From positions 20,433-84,432 of the forward strand of contig JAAZBN010000301.1 in NCBI GenBank assembly GCA_012513795.1: a stretch of 64,000 bases of DNA. The letters are read 5' to 3'. Origin of the DNA: Bacteroidales bacterium. GTDB lineage: Bacteria > Bacteroidota > Bacteroidia > Bacteroidales > VadinHA17. This document shows, in pieces, positions 1-9,454 of the stretch (position 1 is its first letter; the number at the start of each line of letters is the position of its first letter). The notes beneath the pieces were generated by a model. It searched no databases. It was not told where the DNA came from and was given only the letters and a program-made list of their open reading frames with translations. Position numbers and translations under genes: made by a program.

Positions 1-1
1 T

Positions 2-205
2 ACCACGGGGCTTGTTCCGTTCATCCTGGCAGCCGGCACAATGTGGCTCTTCCTGAAATATCTCCGCAAACTCTACTCACTCAAACGCTTCGAGATGATA
101 CAATCGATTGTGGTACTGATGGTTGTATCTTATACCGTGCTTACCGTTACCGGGATACTCTTCAGGGGAGAAGGAATGAACCTGGTGTGGCCGTGGAACA
201 TGTGA
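2..205 (+). CDS. 3' end of an integral membrane protein gene truncated by the window edge (possibly the cytochrome b-type partner of the downstream Rieske protein)
   Basis: Frame 2 is open from the window edge to TGA at 203-205. The translation TTGLVPFILAAGTMWLFLKYLRKLYSLKRFEMIQSIVVLMVVSYTVLTVTGILFRGEGMNLVWPWNM has two hydrophobic helices. It ends 23 nt before the Rieske gene. The family assignment rests on context only. Confidence 0.4.
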   Translation, partial: TTGLVPFILAAGTMWLFLKYLRKLYSLKRFEMIQSIVVLMVVSYTVLTVTGILFRGEGMNLVWPWNM

Positions 206-228
206 TTATGAAAGGATAAAGTCAGAAG

Positions 229-744
229 GTGAGCGGCAGAATAGAACATACAGGGTCGGAACACCAGAGAGTAAGGCGGAACTTCCTGAAGAGGCTCTGG
301 CAGATACTCGGCATCATTGCCCTGGCTGAATTTCTGTGGTTTATCCTCAGCCTTCTCAAACCATCAAAGGAAAACCATAAGAGCAGGCCGGCAGACACCC
401 TCCGCGTGATTGGCAGCGTAGAGGAGTTCCCGGCAGGCTCAGTCACCCCCGACAGGGTCAACAGGCTCTACATCGTCAGGGAGGAGGACGGTGGATTCCT
501 GGCGCTCTCACTGACCTGCCCGCACCTGGGCTGTTCGGTACTGTGGAATGAGGAGTGCCGCCAGTTCGACTGCCCGTGCCATTCATCGGCATTTGACCGC
601 AGGGGTATCGTTCTCAGCTCACCCGCACCCCGGCCACTTGACTACCTGCCCGTCATCATAGAGGAAGGAAAGTTGAAGGTCGATTTGGGCAGCATAACGA
701 GACGAAAGAGGTTTGAATCCAACCAGCTGACCTATGCTCTTTAA
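229..744 (+). CDS. Rieske [2Fe-2S] iron-sulfur protein
   Basis: 171-aa ORF with a GTG start. It has the two Rieske cluster-binding boxes CPHLGC and CPCHSS. An N-terminal twin-arginine-like RRNFLK is followed by a TM helix (ILGIIALAEFLWFILSLL). Confidence 0.85.
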   Translation: MSGRIEHTGSEHQRVRRNFLKRLWQILGIIALAEFLWFILSLLKPSKENHKSRPADTLRVIGSVEEFPAGSVTPDRVNRLYIVREEDGGFLALSLTCPHLGCSVLWNEECRQFDCPCHSSAFDRRGIVLSSPAPRPLDYLPVIIEEGKLKVDLGSITRRKRFESNQLTYAL

Positions 745-3301
745 TGATCACAGAGACGGGATGAGCGCCAGGGAAATGAAAGGGTCTGGCAGTGCGGAAG
801 GGATGAGGAACTGGAAGAGGACCGGTTTCATAGCCACAGTGCTGCTGGCAGTCTCATTTCCTGTTTACCTGTTGCGTACGGCTCCGGAAAGAGAAGGCAC
901 GGAGCGGGTGCAAGGTCCCTCTTTCACCGGCGCTGCAACCTGCATCGAATGCCACAAAAGGGAGTATGACCTCTGGAAGGGATCACACCATGACCTGGCG
1001 ATGGACATCGCCACAGACAGCACCGTTCTTGGTGATTTCAACGATTTTGAGTTCACGCACAGGGGAGAGGTGCACCGCTTCTTCCGCAGGGACGGGAAGT
1101 TCCTTGTCAACACCGAGGGAGCGACCGGTCAATTCGAGGATTTCGAAGTTACCTATACCTTCGGGTACACTCCCCTGCAGCAGTACCTGGTGCCGTTCGA
1201 AGGAGGACGTTTGCAGTGTCTGCCGATCGCATGGGATACGGAACGGGGGAGATGGTTCCACCTGGGTGACACCGTCTACACTGATGAAGAGGTGGGCCCC
1301 GGCAACTGGCTGCACTGGACACGGCAGGCCCAGAACTGGAACGGCATGTGCGCCGACTGCCACTCAACCAACCTGAAGAAGAGCTACAACCCGGCCACAA
1401 AAACATACAACACCACCTGGTCAGAGATCGATGTCAGCTGCGAGGCATGCCACGGTCCCGCGTCGGTGCACCTGGTATGGGCTGCACTGCCGGAGGGCTC
1501 GAGGCCGGAGGATGTCAATACGGGGCTGATTGTCCGGACCCGGGACCTGAACAACGAAGAGCTGCTGAACGTGTGCGCACGGTGCCACTCGCGAAGGGCG
1601 ATTATGGGAGACTATACAGACGACAACAGTGATCTGCTCAATTACATGATTCCTATGCTGACGGCGCAGCCACTGTATCATACAGACGGACAGTTATTGG
1701 ATGAAGTTTATGAATATGGTTCCTTCACCCAGAGCAGGATGTATGAGCAGGAGGTGATGTGCAGCGACTGCCATGACTCGCACTCTGTCAGAACCATTGA
1801 GCCAGACAACAGACTCTGCCTTCAGTGTCACCGTCCGGATATTTACGATACCCCCAGGCATCACTTCCACAAGATGGATCCGGCTGTCGGCGACGAGCCG
1901 CTTATGAGCAAGGCAAGTGCCTCCAGTGGGAACGTTTCGGGCGGGCAGCTTATGAACCAATCAAATGTTTACAGTGGGAACATCGCTGACGGGCTGCCGG
2001 CAGGCATGGGAACGCAGGCATACCGGGAGAGTACCGGCACCGGCCGGCTCATCAACCGTGGGGAACCAAAATATGTGGAGAGTACCGGCACCGGCCGGCT
2101 CATCAACCGCGGTGAACCAAGATATGTCGAGGGTACCGGGGCACAGTGTGTCAACTGCCACATGACCGGCAGGTATTACATTGGCAATGACTACCGTCGT
2201 GATCACAGCTTCCGGATACCCCGTCCTGACCTGACGGCAAAGACAGGTGCTCCCAATGCCTGCAATGACTGTCACAAGGACAAAAGTACATCGTGGTCGC
2301 AGCGTTATATACTGAAATGGTACGGTGAGCGCACGAGGCCGCACTACGGGGAGATCTTCGCGGCAGCGGAAATAGGGGACCGGAGGGTGATTTCTGATCT
2401 GATACTGTATCCGGAGAATGAGCTTTTCCCGCTGATGGTGAGGGCTACGGCGGTCAGGTTCCTCGGACAGTTCAACACCCCTGAGAGTAACCGTGCCGTG
2501 GAGCGGGCGTTAACCAACCCCGCCTCGCTGGTGAGGCATTCAGCTGTGATGAGCTATAATCCGACGGACATTGCATCATATGAGAAGCTTATGTTGCCTC
2601 TTCTCAATGACCCGGTTAAGGGGATAAGGGCTGAGGCAGCCATCAGGCTCTCCGAGGTGAGTGAGGAAAAGTTGAGCCCCGCTGCCCGCAAAGCCCGGAG
2701 GGCCGCGCTGGAAGAATACCGGGAGATCAATCTTTACAATGCCGACTTCCCCGGCGGGCTGTTCAATCTTGGTATCATGTACGCCAATGCCGGCGACCTG
2801 GGAAGGGCAGAAGCGGCATACCGCGAAGCTCTTGGAGTGGATGATCAGTTCTACATGGCGAAGGTGAACCTCGCAACAGTCTATGCAAAGCAGGGGAAGT
2901 CTGCCGAGGCTGAGAAGATGCTGCGAGAACTGATCAGGGACCATCCCGAACTTCACGAGCTCAACAGCTCGCTTGCCATGTTGCTCGCAGAGCAGGGCAG
3001 ATATGAGGAGAGCAGGATATACTTTCTTAAGGCTTCAAAGCTGATGCCGGACCAGACAAGGATACTCTACAACCTCGGACTTCTAGAGAACACACTGGGA
3101 AATACTGCCACGGCAGAAGAGTATCTGTTAAAAGCATTGAACAGAGACCCTGGCAGCTATGATTACCTATACGCCCTGGCCACCTTCTGTCTCGAGCATG
3201 GCATGAAGGATAAAGCCATGAAATATGCCCGCCGGCTGGCAGAAAGGTTCCCCGGAGATCGTGCCGGGAAGCAGCTGGTTGAGGTGGCAGGAAAGAAATG
3301 A
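734..3301 (+). CDS. Octahaem c-type cytochrome fused to C-terminal HEAT-like and TPR repeats, membrane anchored
   Basis: Eight CxxCH haem motifs: CIECH, CADCH, CEACH, CARCH, CSDCH, CLQCH, CVNCH, CNDCH. N-terminal TM helix (FIATVLLAVSFPVYLL). The C-terminal third is TPR-like (NLGIMYANAGDLGRAEAAYREAL..., ILYNLGLLENTLGNTATAEEYLLKAL...). The start is uncertain: ATG 734 overlaps the Rieske stop, and ATG 761 or 803 are alternatives. Confidence 0.85.
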   Translation: MLFNDHRDGMSAREMKGSGSAEGMRNWKRTGFIATVLLAVSFPVYLLRTAPEREGTERVQGPSFTGAATCIECHKREYDLWKGSHHDLAMDIATDSTVLGDFNDFEFTHRGEVHRFFRRDGKFLVNTEGATGQFEDFEVTYTFGYTPLQQYLVPFEGGRLQCLPIAWDTERGRWFHLGDTVYTDEEVGPGNWLHWTRQAQNWNGMCADCHSTNLKKSYNPATKTYNTTWSEIDVSCEACHGPASVHLVWAALPEGSRPEDVNTGLIVRTRDLNNEELLNVCARCHSRRAIMGDYTDDNSDLLNYMIPMLTAQPLYHTDGQLLDEVYEYGSFTQSRMYEQEVMCSDCHDSHSVRTIEPDNRLCLQCHRPDIYDTPRHHFHKMDPAVGDEPLMSKASASSGNVSGGQLMNQSNVYSGNIADGLPAGMGTQAYRESTGTGRLINRGEPKYVESTGTGRLINRGEPRYVEGTGAQCVNCHMTGRYYIGNDYRRDHSFRIPRPDLTAKTGAPNACNDCHKDKSTSWSQRYILKWYGERTRPHYGEIFAAAEIGDRRVISDLILYPENELFPLMVRATAVRFLGQFNTPESNRAVERALTNPASLVRHSAVMSYNPTDIASYEKLMLPLLNDPVKGIRAEAAIRLSEVSEEKLSPAARKARRAALEEYREINLYNADFPGGLFNLGIMYANAGDLGRAEAAYREALGVDDQFYMAKVNLATVYAKQGKSAEAEKMLRELIRDHPELHELNSSLAMLLAEQGRYEESRIYFLKASKLMPDQTRILYNLGLLENTLGNTATAEEYLLKALNRDPGSYDYLYALATFCLEHGMKDKAMKYARRLAERFPGDRAGKQLVEVAGKK
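2027..2128 (+). repeat. Near-perfect 51-bp tandem duplication inside the cytochrome gene (2 full copies plus about 11 nt of a third)
   Basis: 2027-2077 and 2078-2128 differ at 4 positions. They encode ESTGTGRLINRGEPKYV and ESTGTGRLINRGEPRYV. The next codons (gagggtaccgg) restart the unit. Confidence 0.95.
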
Positions 3302-3390
3302 GAAGGCACATCACCGGTGCCTCCCCATTTGGTTAATTGCCAATTCAATTGCCTGTTGCCCGTAACAGATCTGGCTGGATGTCCGGCCAG

Positions 3391-6300
3391 TTACCTGTCA
3401 ACCGGATACGGCTTATGCTGCAGCAGCGAGCGCGGTTCTTCCGAGATCTTTTTCATCACCACCTCCACCGCCTTCATAAGCTGAGTGTCATACCCTTCAG
3501 AGTATTTTTTCGAGTCAATGTCAATAATGATGTCAGGTGTCACACCCTCATTCTCCACTACCCATTCGCCCTTCTCATTGTAAATGCGGTAATCAGGAGC
3601 AGTAATGGATCCGCCGTCAATCAGCTCAATGAACATAGAAACACCTACCAGTCCGCCCCAGGTACGGGTGCCTATTATCGGCCCCATCCCGAACCAGCGG
3701 AACTCGTAAGGCAGCTCATCTCCGCCAGAGCCTGCATACCTGTTTGTTATCAGCGCCATCTTTGCGTCAACGGCAAGATGCGGAATGGGCTGGTCAACAG
3801 ATTGCCTGCGGGTCCAGTAGGCATGCGGCTTCTTCTGCAGCCTTTGCAGGAAGATCTCCGGATCAAGCCCTCCTCCGTTGAACCGGCCGTCAATTATGAG
3901 CCCTTCCTTTTTCGTCTGGGAGTAGAAGTACCGCGGGAAATCTGTAGCCGAGCCGTTCCAGGTGTCAGGAAGGTATATGTAACCAATCTTTCCGCCGGAG
4001 GCTTTGTCAACTGCCATGCGGTTTGATTCCAGCCAGTCCATGTAACGGAAGCTGGTCTCGCTTCCGGCCGGTATGACTACCACCTCGCGTGCCCCTGCCA
4101 TCGTCGGCTTCGAGTTCACAGTCAGTGTAACCTGCTTGCCGGCAAGGCCGGTGAAATAGCTGTAAACCTCCCTGTCAGCCTTTACCTCAGTATTGTTTAC
4201 CCTGAGGAGATAGTCGCCCTCAGAAATATTCACACCCGGTTTTGCAAGGGGCGGCCAGGCTTCGCGCGACCAGTCCTTCTCCCTGAATATCTTGCTGAAA
4301 CGGTAGAGGTTATTCTGTTTATCCACAGAGTAATCGGCTCCGAGCATGCCGGTATTAACCGGTTCGGAGCGCCGCTTGCTGTCACCGCCGTACACATAGG
4401 TATGTGAGGTATTCAGCTCTGCAATCATCTCCCCGATTATGAAGGTCAGATCCTGGCGGCATGTGGCCCTGTCGGCCAGCTTCTCGTACTTGAGTTTGAG
4501 AGCCGGCCAGTCCTGCCCGTGCATCCCTGGTTCATAATAATAGTCGCGTTCCATGCGCCAGGCCTCGTTAAAGATCTGCTTCCACTCGCTTACAGGGTCA
4601 TACCATACCTTAAGGTCTGCCAATTTCATAGGTGAAGGGTTTCCTCCATCTGCAGGCATAAGTGATACCCCGCCATCTTTCCGGAGTACGATCGTGCTTC
4701 CGTCACCGGATAGCCGGTAGTCGTCAATTCCTTCAATCAGTTGAGATTCCTTGCCGGATTTGAAGGACCATGAGAACAGGTTCATCGGCCCGTGTCCGGA
4801 AACCTCGAACCGGTTGAAGTTACCCTCATCACTGTTGAGCCAGAAGAGAGACCTTTCATTTACGGCGAGGCTGCGGTAGTTGCCCTTTGCGACCGGGATA
4901 GCTTCAACGCGGTCTGTTATTCCGTCAAAGTCAATCTGTACAATTACTGCTGAACCCTGTCCCTGTGCCGCCGGTGCTTTCATGGCAGACGGGGCGGCCG
5001 GTGTTTTCCCGGTTGCAGTTCCTTTCGCGGCAGCGGAACCTCTTCCGGCTGCACTGGTTACCGGGGCTGTCTCTGCCACTGTTATGGCGCCGGGCTCCTC
5101 ATCGCTCTTAAACGGGGTTAGTGATTTACCGTCCTTTCTGAGCGTTACAGCGTAGACCCCTGCTACTTTCTGATAGACCATCTCCCACTCGAGATCACAG
5201 TAGGTGGGTTCAAACCTGCGGTTGGAAATGAAAACGATATGCTCACCGTCATTTGTAAACACAGGATTGAAATCATGGAACAGCCCGTTGCTGATGCAGT
5301 TGATGCTCTTTGCCTCAAGTCTGTAGACATAAATCTGATACATGAATGCCTCGTTCATCTTCGAATAAACAATAAACCGGCTGTCAGGTGACCACGAATA
5401 ATCAGAGATTGATTTGACATCAAGAGAAACGTCCACGTTCTCATACTCTTCCTTATCCACCTTTGTAATTGCTTTTGAGGCGATGTCAATATACCAGAGG
5501 GTCAGTGTCTGGTCTGTCCAGGCAATCTTTTTGCTGTCAGGCGACCATTTCAGTGTATGGCGGTATCCGGCTCCCAGGGAGGTAAGCTTCAGCGGCTTCT
5601 CTTTGCCTTCAGGTTCAATGACATAGAGTTCATATTCGCCTGAGGCGTCAGAGAAGTATGCTATCCGTTTACCGTCGGGTGACCATACTGCATCCTTGTC
5701 ACGGGCGCCAGGTGAGGTGGTCAGGTTACGGACCGGGCCCTCCTTTTCAGGAAGGGTGAATATATCGCCCCGTGCGACTATCAGTGCACGGTTACCGGAT
5801 GGTGAGATGTCGGCACGGGTGATGTTACGGCTTACATCTTTCATGAACGGACGCCGCTCCTCCATGTCGGTAAGGATCTTTACCGGAACCCTGGCAGAGG
5901 TCCCTGAGGCCAGATCAAGCTTCCAGATCTCTCCTCCCAGTTCATATACAACCTGGTTGCCTCCGAAGTCGGGGTGTCTCACATCATATTCAGTGTGTCT
6001 TGTAACCTGTTCAATCTTCCCGGTGCCGGTGTCATATGACCAGATATTCAGTACCCTGTCGCGGTCAGAGCTGAAGAATATCTTATTGCCTATCCACATA
6101 GGCCACCTGTCTGACCCGTCATAGTTGCTAATATTGGTCTCCTTGTCGGTCGCAAGGTCATAGATATAGACCTCCTGTGCCCTTCCTCCCCTGTACCGCT
6201 TCCAGGTGGCATTATCCTGGGCATCCTTGTTATACGCAATTTTGCCGCCATCCGGCGAAAAACTTCCCCGTGCAGCATCATACATGATCATCTCTTCAAG

Positions 6301-6765
6301 GCCGGTGCCGTCGGGAGACACAAGGTACATCTTCACATACCGCGAAGGGCTGTTGCGGCCCGAGGTGAACATGATCTTGTTTTTGGCAGCATTCCACCCC
6401 ACAACCTCATCCGTTCCGGGATGCCAGGTGAGCCTAGTGATATTTCCACCGTTAATGTTCATGATATAGACATCGGCGTTACCGTCATATTCACCTGTGA
6501 AGGCTATCAGGCTGCCGTCAGGAGAGATTTCAGGCACACTTTCACGGCCGTCGCTGAAAGTCAGCCGGCAGGCTGTTCCGCCTTCAGCGGGTACTTTCCA
6601 GAGATCGCCACCGCTGGCGAATACAATGATATTGCCCTGTATGTCAGGGTATTGCATGAAAGAGTCCTGGGCGCTTCCGGAGATTGCGGAAGCCAGGAAG
6701 ATGAGGAGCATGGGTAATAATATACCGTTGCTTCTCCTGCAGGTAAAGCAATTAATGGTTTTCAT
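3391..6765 (-). CDS. Tricorn-protease-like peptidase (N-terminal TolB/WD40-type beta-propellers, PDZ-like region, C-terminal S41 peptidase domain), secreted
   Basis: The ORF track gives 3391..6900. I prefer the ATG at 6765 (MKTINCF...LLPMLLIFLASAISGSAQD signal peptide). The N-terminus YPDIQGNIIVFASGGDLWKVPAEGG and repeated SPDG motifs are typical of tricorn homologues. The C-terminus GLIIDGRFNGGG...NRYAGSGGDELP is S41-like. Confidence 0.8.
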   Translation of the reverse strand: MKTINCFTCRRSNGILLPMLLIFLASAISGSAQDSFMQYPDIQGNIIVFASGGDLWKVPAEGGTACRLTFSDGRESVPEISPDGSLIAFTGEYDGNADVYIMNINGGNITRLTWHPGTDEVVGWNAAKNKIMFTSGRNSPSRYVKMYLVSPDGTGLEEMIMYDAARGSFSPDGGKIAYNKDAQDNATWKRYRGGRAQEVYIYDLATDKETNISNYDGSDRWPMWIGNKIFFSSDRDRVLNIWSYDTGTGKIEQVTRHTEYDVRHPDFGGNQVVYELGGEIWKLDLASGTSARVPVKILTDMEERRPFMKDVSRNITRADISPSGNRALIVARGDIFTLPEKEGPVRNLTTSPGARDKDAVWSPDGKRIAYFSDASGEYELYVIEPEGKEKPLKLTSLGAGYRHTLKWSPDSKKIAWTDQTLTLWYIDIASKAITKVDKEEYENVDVSLDVKSISDYSWSPDSRFIVYSKMNEAFMYQIYVYRLEAKSINCISNGLFHDFNPVFTNDGEHIVFISNRRFEPTYCDLEWEMVYQKVAGVYAVTLRKDGKSLTPFKSDEEPGAITVAETAPVTSAAGRGSAAAKGTATGKTPAAPSAMKAPAAQGQGSAVIVQIDFDGITDRVEAIPVAKGNYRSLAVNERSLFWLNSDEGNFNRFEVSGHGPMNLFSWSFKSGKESQLIEGIDDYRLSGDGSTIVLRKDGGVSLMPADGGNPSPMKLADLKVWYDPVSEWKQIFNEAWRMERDYYYEPGMHGQDWPALKLKYEKLADRATCRQDLTFIIGEMIAELNTSHTYVYGGDSKRRSEPVNTGMLGADYSVDKQNNLYRFSKIFREKDWSREAWPPLAKPGVNISEGDYLLRVNNTEVKADREVYSYFTGLAGKQVTLTVNSKPTMAGAREVVVIPAGSETSFRYMDWLESNRMAVDKASGGKIGYIYLPDTWNGSATDFPRYFYSQTKKEGLIIDGRFNGGGLDPEIFLQRLQKKPHAYWTRRQSVDQPIPHLAVDAKMALITNRYAGSGGDELPYEFRWFGMGPIIGTRTWGGLVGVSMFIELIDGGSITAPDYRIYNEKGEWVVENEGVTPDIIIDIDSKKYSEGYDTQLMKAVEVVMKKISEEPRSLLQHKPYPVDR

Positions 6766-6863
6766 ATGATCTGATAATTTAATGATTGACACCAATCGGC
6801 GACAACAATCCACGGTCTCATTGCCATACAATAAGAAGCTGTACCGGACGAACTTACCATGTC

Positions 6864-7136
6864 TTAATCTGTCACCACAATCCATGGCCTGACAGACCAT
6901 TCTGTTATGAGGCCGTTCTTTACGTATGGATCACGGCTGACGAATTCATGGGCAGCTTCCGGTGTGTCACCGCGGAATACCAGCACCGCTCCGTCAGCCG
7001 GCTCCGCCAGTGCACCGGCCATAAACAGGCGGCCGTCATTATGAAACTCATGAACCAGACCGAGATGATCTTCGCGGAAAGAAACCCTTCGCTCTATGTA
7101 GTTCTCAACAGTCTTGTAAAACAGAATGTAAAACAT
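6864..7136 (-). CDS. YciI-like (YCII-related) small protein
   Basis: 90 aa from the ATG at 7136: MFYILFYKTVENYIERRVSFREDHLGLVHEFHNDGRLFMAGAL...DPYVKNGL. The length and the H..H / DP(Y/F)...GL pattern fit the YciI family. The upstream 29 codons of the tracked ORF look like non-coding extension. Confidence 0.65.
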   Translation of the reverse strand: MFYILFYKTVENYIERRVSFREDHLGLVHEFHNDGRLFMAGALAEPADGAVLVFRGDTPEAAHEFVSRDPYVKNGLITEWSVRPWIVVTD

Positions 7137-7385
7137 ACGGAAGTTATTTATCTGTAATCTTATCTTGTTACAACTGATTTCAGTTGCATGATTTCTTTTG
7201 ACGTTACAAGTTATATATTTCAACGGAGGTAATTAAGGCCGGACAGGTTAAAACCATGCCCCGGCAATTAATTTCTTCTCAAAGAAAGAAGCCCGGATAA
7301 TTTCTGAAAGGTTACTTTTATACACTGATTCGGGTACCTGATCAGTTCATCGCTGACAGAACCTGACTATAGGCAATCAATTCTT

Positions 7386-8621
7386 ATGAAGGAGACTGAA
7401 TTCAGGATTTACGGTTACAGGTGGGTCATGCTGTCCGTTTACATGCTTGCGATAGCTGTCAATCAGATCATGTGGATCACTTTTGCACCGATTACCAGGG
7501 ATGCCGCGGCATTCTATGGTGTTACTGACCTGCAGATCGGCATACTCTCCATGAGCTTCATGATAGTTTACCTGATTGTGTCAATCCCGGCATCGTGGAT
7601 CATCGACACTTATGGCATCCGTGCAGGTGTCGGTGCAGGGGTTGTTCTCACCGGTGTGTTCGGACTTTTACGCGGCATCTTTGCAACTGACTATAACCTT
7701 TTGCTCATATTTCAGATAGGGATTGCCGTTGGCCAGCCGTTTCTCCTGAATTCAATCACCAAGGTGGCTTCAAGGTGGTTTCCGGTCAGTGAGAGAGCCA
7801 CTGCCTCGGGGCTGGGTACCCTGGCGATGTATTTCGGGATACTCCTGGGAATGAGCCTGACTCCGTTCCTGGTGAACGGCAGCAACATTGACGGAATGCT
7901 TAAGTTATACGGCATGGTATCCATGGCAACCGCAATGATATTTTTTATTCTGGCCAGGGAGCGGCCCGTCACCCCGCCGTGCAGCCCCGACCAGGAGGAG
8001 CGCGCCCTGGCTATCGACGGAATGAGGCTCCTCTTCCGCAACAGGGATTTCCTGTGGCTCATGCTCATCTATTTTATCGGCCTGGGAGTATTTAATTCCG
8101 TTACCACCTGGATTGAAAACATCCTCAGTCCGAGAGGATTTTCCGCCGAGCAGGCGGGAATCACCGGAGGATTAATGATACTCGGAGGTGTGGTTGGTGC
8201 ACTCATAATGCCGATCCTTTCAGACCGCTCCAGGAAACGGGTCCCATTCATTGAGATCGCCCTTGCGGGAGCAACCATAAGCCTTGCCGGAGTCACCTTC
8301 ACCGGAAACTACGCCTTGCTTCTTGTGTCGGCAGCTGCTTTTGGATTTTTCCTGCTCAGTTCCGGACCGATAGGATTCCAGTACGGGGCAGAAGTAACCT
8401 TCCCTGTGTCAGAGGGCACCTCAAACGGCTTTCTCCTACTTATGGGACAGGTTTCAGGCATTGCATTCATTTTCGGCATGGACTGGTTCAAATCACCGGT
8501 GACAGGGTCAATGACAATTCCATTATCAGTACTCTGCTTACTGATGCTGATAAGTTATTTTCTTTCGTCAAGACTGAAGGAATCTGCTTTCCTGGCCGGA
8601 AATCAAAAAGGTGATGCATGA
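7386..8621 (+). CDS. MFS transporter (resembles the FLVCR/MFSD7-like subgroup)
   Basis: 411 aa with about 12 predicted hydrophobic helices. The N-terminus YRWVMLSVYMLAIAVNQIMWITFAPI is reminiscent of FLVCR-like MFS proteins. The substrate is unknown. Confidence 0.7.
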   Translation: MKETEFRIYGYRWVMLSVYMLAIAVNQIMWITFAPITRDAAAFYGVTDLQIGILSMSFMIVYLIVSIPASWIIDTYGIRAGVGAGVVLTGVFGLLRGIFATDYNLLLIFQIGIAVGQPFLLNSITKVASRWFPVSERATASGLGTLAMYFGILLGMSLTPFLVNGSNIDGMLKLYGMVSMATAMIFFILARERPVTPPCSPDQEERALAIDGMRLLFRNRDFLWLMLIYFIGLGVFNSVTTWIENILSPRGFSAEQAGITGGLMILGGVVGALIMPILSDRSRKRVPFIEIALAGATISLAGVTFTGNYALLLVSAAAFGFFLLSSGPIGFQYGAEVTFPVSEGTSNGFLLLMGQVSGIAFIFGMDWFKSPVTGSMTIPLSVLCLLMLISYFLSSRLKESAFLAGNQKGDA

Positions 8622-9415
8622 TGAAAAGCTTATGCAACAGGTTGTGTAGCTCCGCAGTGGTTATCTGTGGTCTCTTTCTATGCAATTCCATTACCATATC
8701 GGGACAGGAAATTATCCGCGACACCATGACCGGCAAGGAATTTAAGGAGATACACCGGGATGCCTTCAGGGGTCACGCAGGCGATACCGGAGCAGTCGCA
8801 CAGAAAGACTTACCGGAAATTCAGCTGACAGCTCTGAGGGACAAGGCTGGCGCCGAACGATGGTGGTATGCATGGCTTGCCGGGTACAGTGCCGCCACCG
8901 TCGGTCAGGGTGTGGTTTATTTCACCTCAGATGACAGGATCCTGCGGCAGGATATGGCTCTGGGGGCAGCAACCACATTCCTCGGAGCGATGGGCCAGGT
9001 TATCACCCCGGTTCTGACGAAAAGTCCAGCGTATCCCTCTTACCGTGAGTATGCCTCCGGCGAAGCATCATTATCTGCGGATCAGGCTGCCGCTCTCCTG
9101 AAGGCACTGTCCGGGAGGGAAAAGGAGGGAAGGTCATGGAAAACGCATGCCATTGCCGGGGTGGTGAACCTCGGCAGCGGACTCATCACCTGGCTGGGAT
9201 ACAAACGGACATTCATGGACGGGCTGGAGAACTTTGCACTGAACACGTTAATTACAGAAGCACAGATTTGGACTCAGCCCATGAAAGCCGTAAGAGATTA
9301 TGAAAAATACTGTCAGACAACAGGTTCCGGAACCGAAACAATGACTTCCCGGCGGGATGGTGAATGGAGCTGGAGCATTTATCCGGGCGGATTCCATGTA
9401 AGATACGTTTTCTGA
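8618..9415 (+). CDS. Hypothetical exported protein
   Basis: 265 aa. It overlaps the upstream MFS stop by 4 nt (ATGA). Signal-like N-terminus (SSAVVICGLFLCNSITISGQE). I recognise no motif. Confidence 0.5.
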   Translation: MMKSLCNRLCSSAVVICGLFLCNSITISGQEIIRDTMTGKEFKEIHRDAFRGHAGDTGAVAQKDLPEIQLTALRDKAGAERWWYAWLAGYSAATVGQGVVYFTSDDRILRQDMALGAATTFLGAMGQVITPVLTKSPAYPSYREYASGEASLSADQAAALLKALSGREKEGRSWKTHAIAGVVNLGSGLITWLGYKRTFMDGLENFALNTLITEAQIWTQPMKAVRDYEKYCQTTGSGTETMTSRRDGEWSWSIYPGGFHVRYVF

Positions 9416-9454
9416 ACAACCTGAATCACAGCCTGTTCGGCAGCAAAAATCCTG

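Noticed and set aside
865-2344. Cluster of 60-136-aa ORFs on both strands inside the cytochrome gene (e.g. 966..1376, 983..1363, 1961..2344)
   Set aside because: They overlap a frame with eight CxxCH motifs. They are Arg/Pro/Gly-rich translations typical of off-frame GC-rich DNA.
3304-3322. Small hairpin (AGGCAC/GTGCCT, 7-nt loop) between the convergent cytochrome and protease genes as a bidirectional terminator
   Set aside because: It has only a 6-bp stem and no flanking T/A runs, so it is too weak to call.
3337-4026. 229-aa + strand ORF
   Set aside because: It lies entirely antisense to the tricorn-like protease gene, which has clear family motifs. It has no recognisable motif itself. Long shadow ORFs are expected in this GC-rich part.
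7171-7186. Palindrome CAACTGA-TT-TCAGTTG upstream of the yciI-like gene as an operator
   Set aside because: It is a single occurrence with no associated regulator gene or second copy. It may simply be a small hairpin.
6786-7223. 123-aa + ORF (6786..7157) and the first 29 codons of the 6864..7223 - ORF
   Set aside because: The + ORF is antisense to the YciI-like gene. The N-terminal extension of the - ORF (MKYITCNVKRNH...) precedes a much better YciI-type start, MFYILFYK, at 7136.
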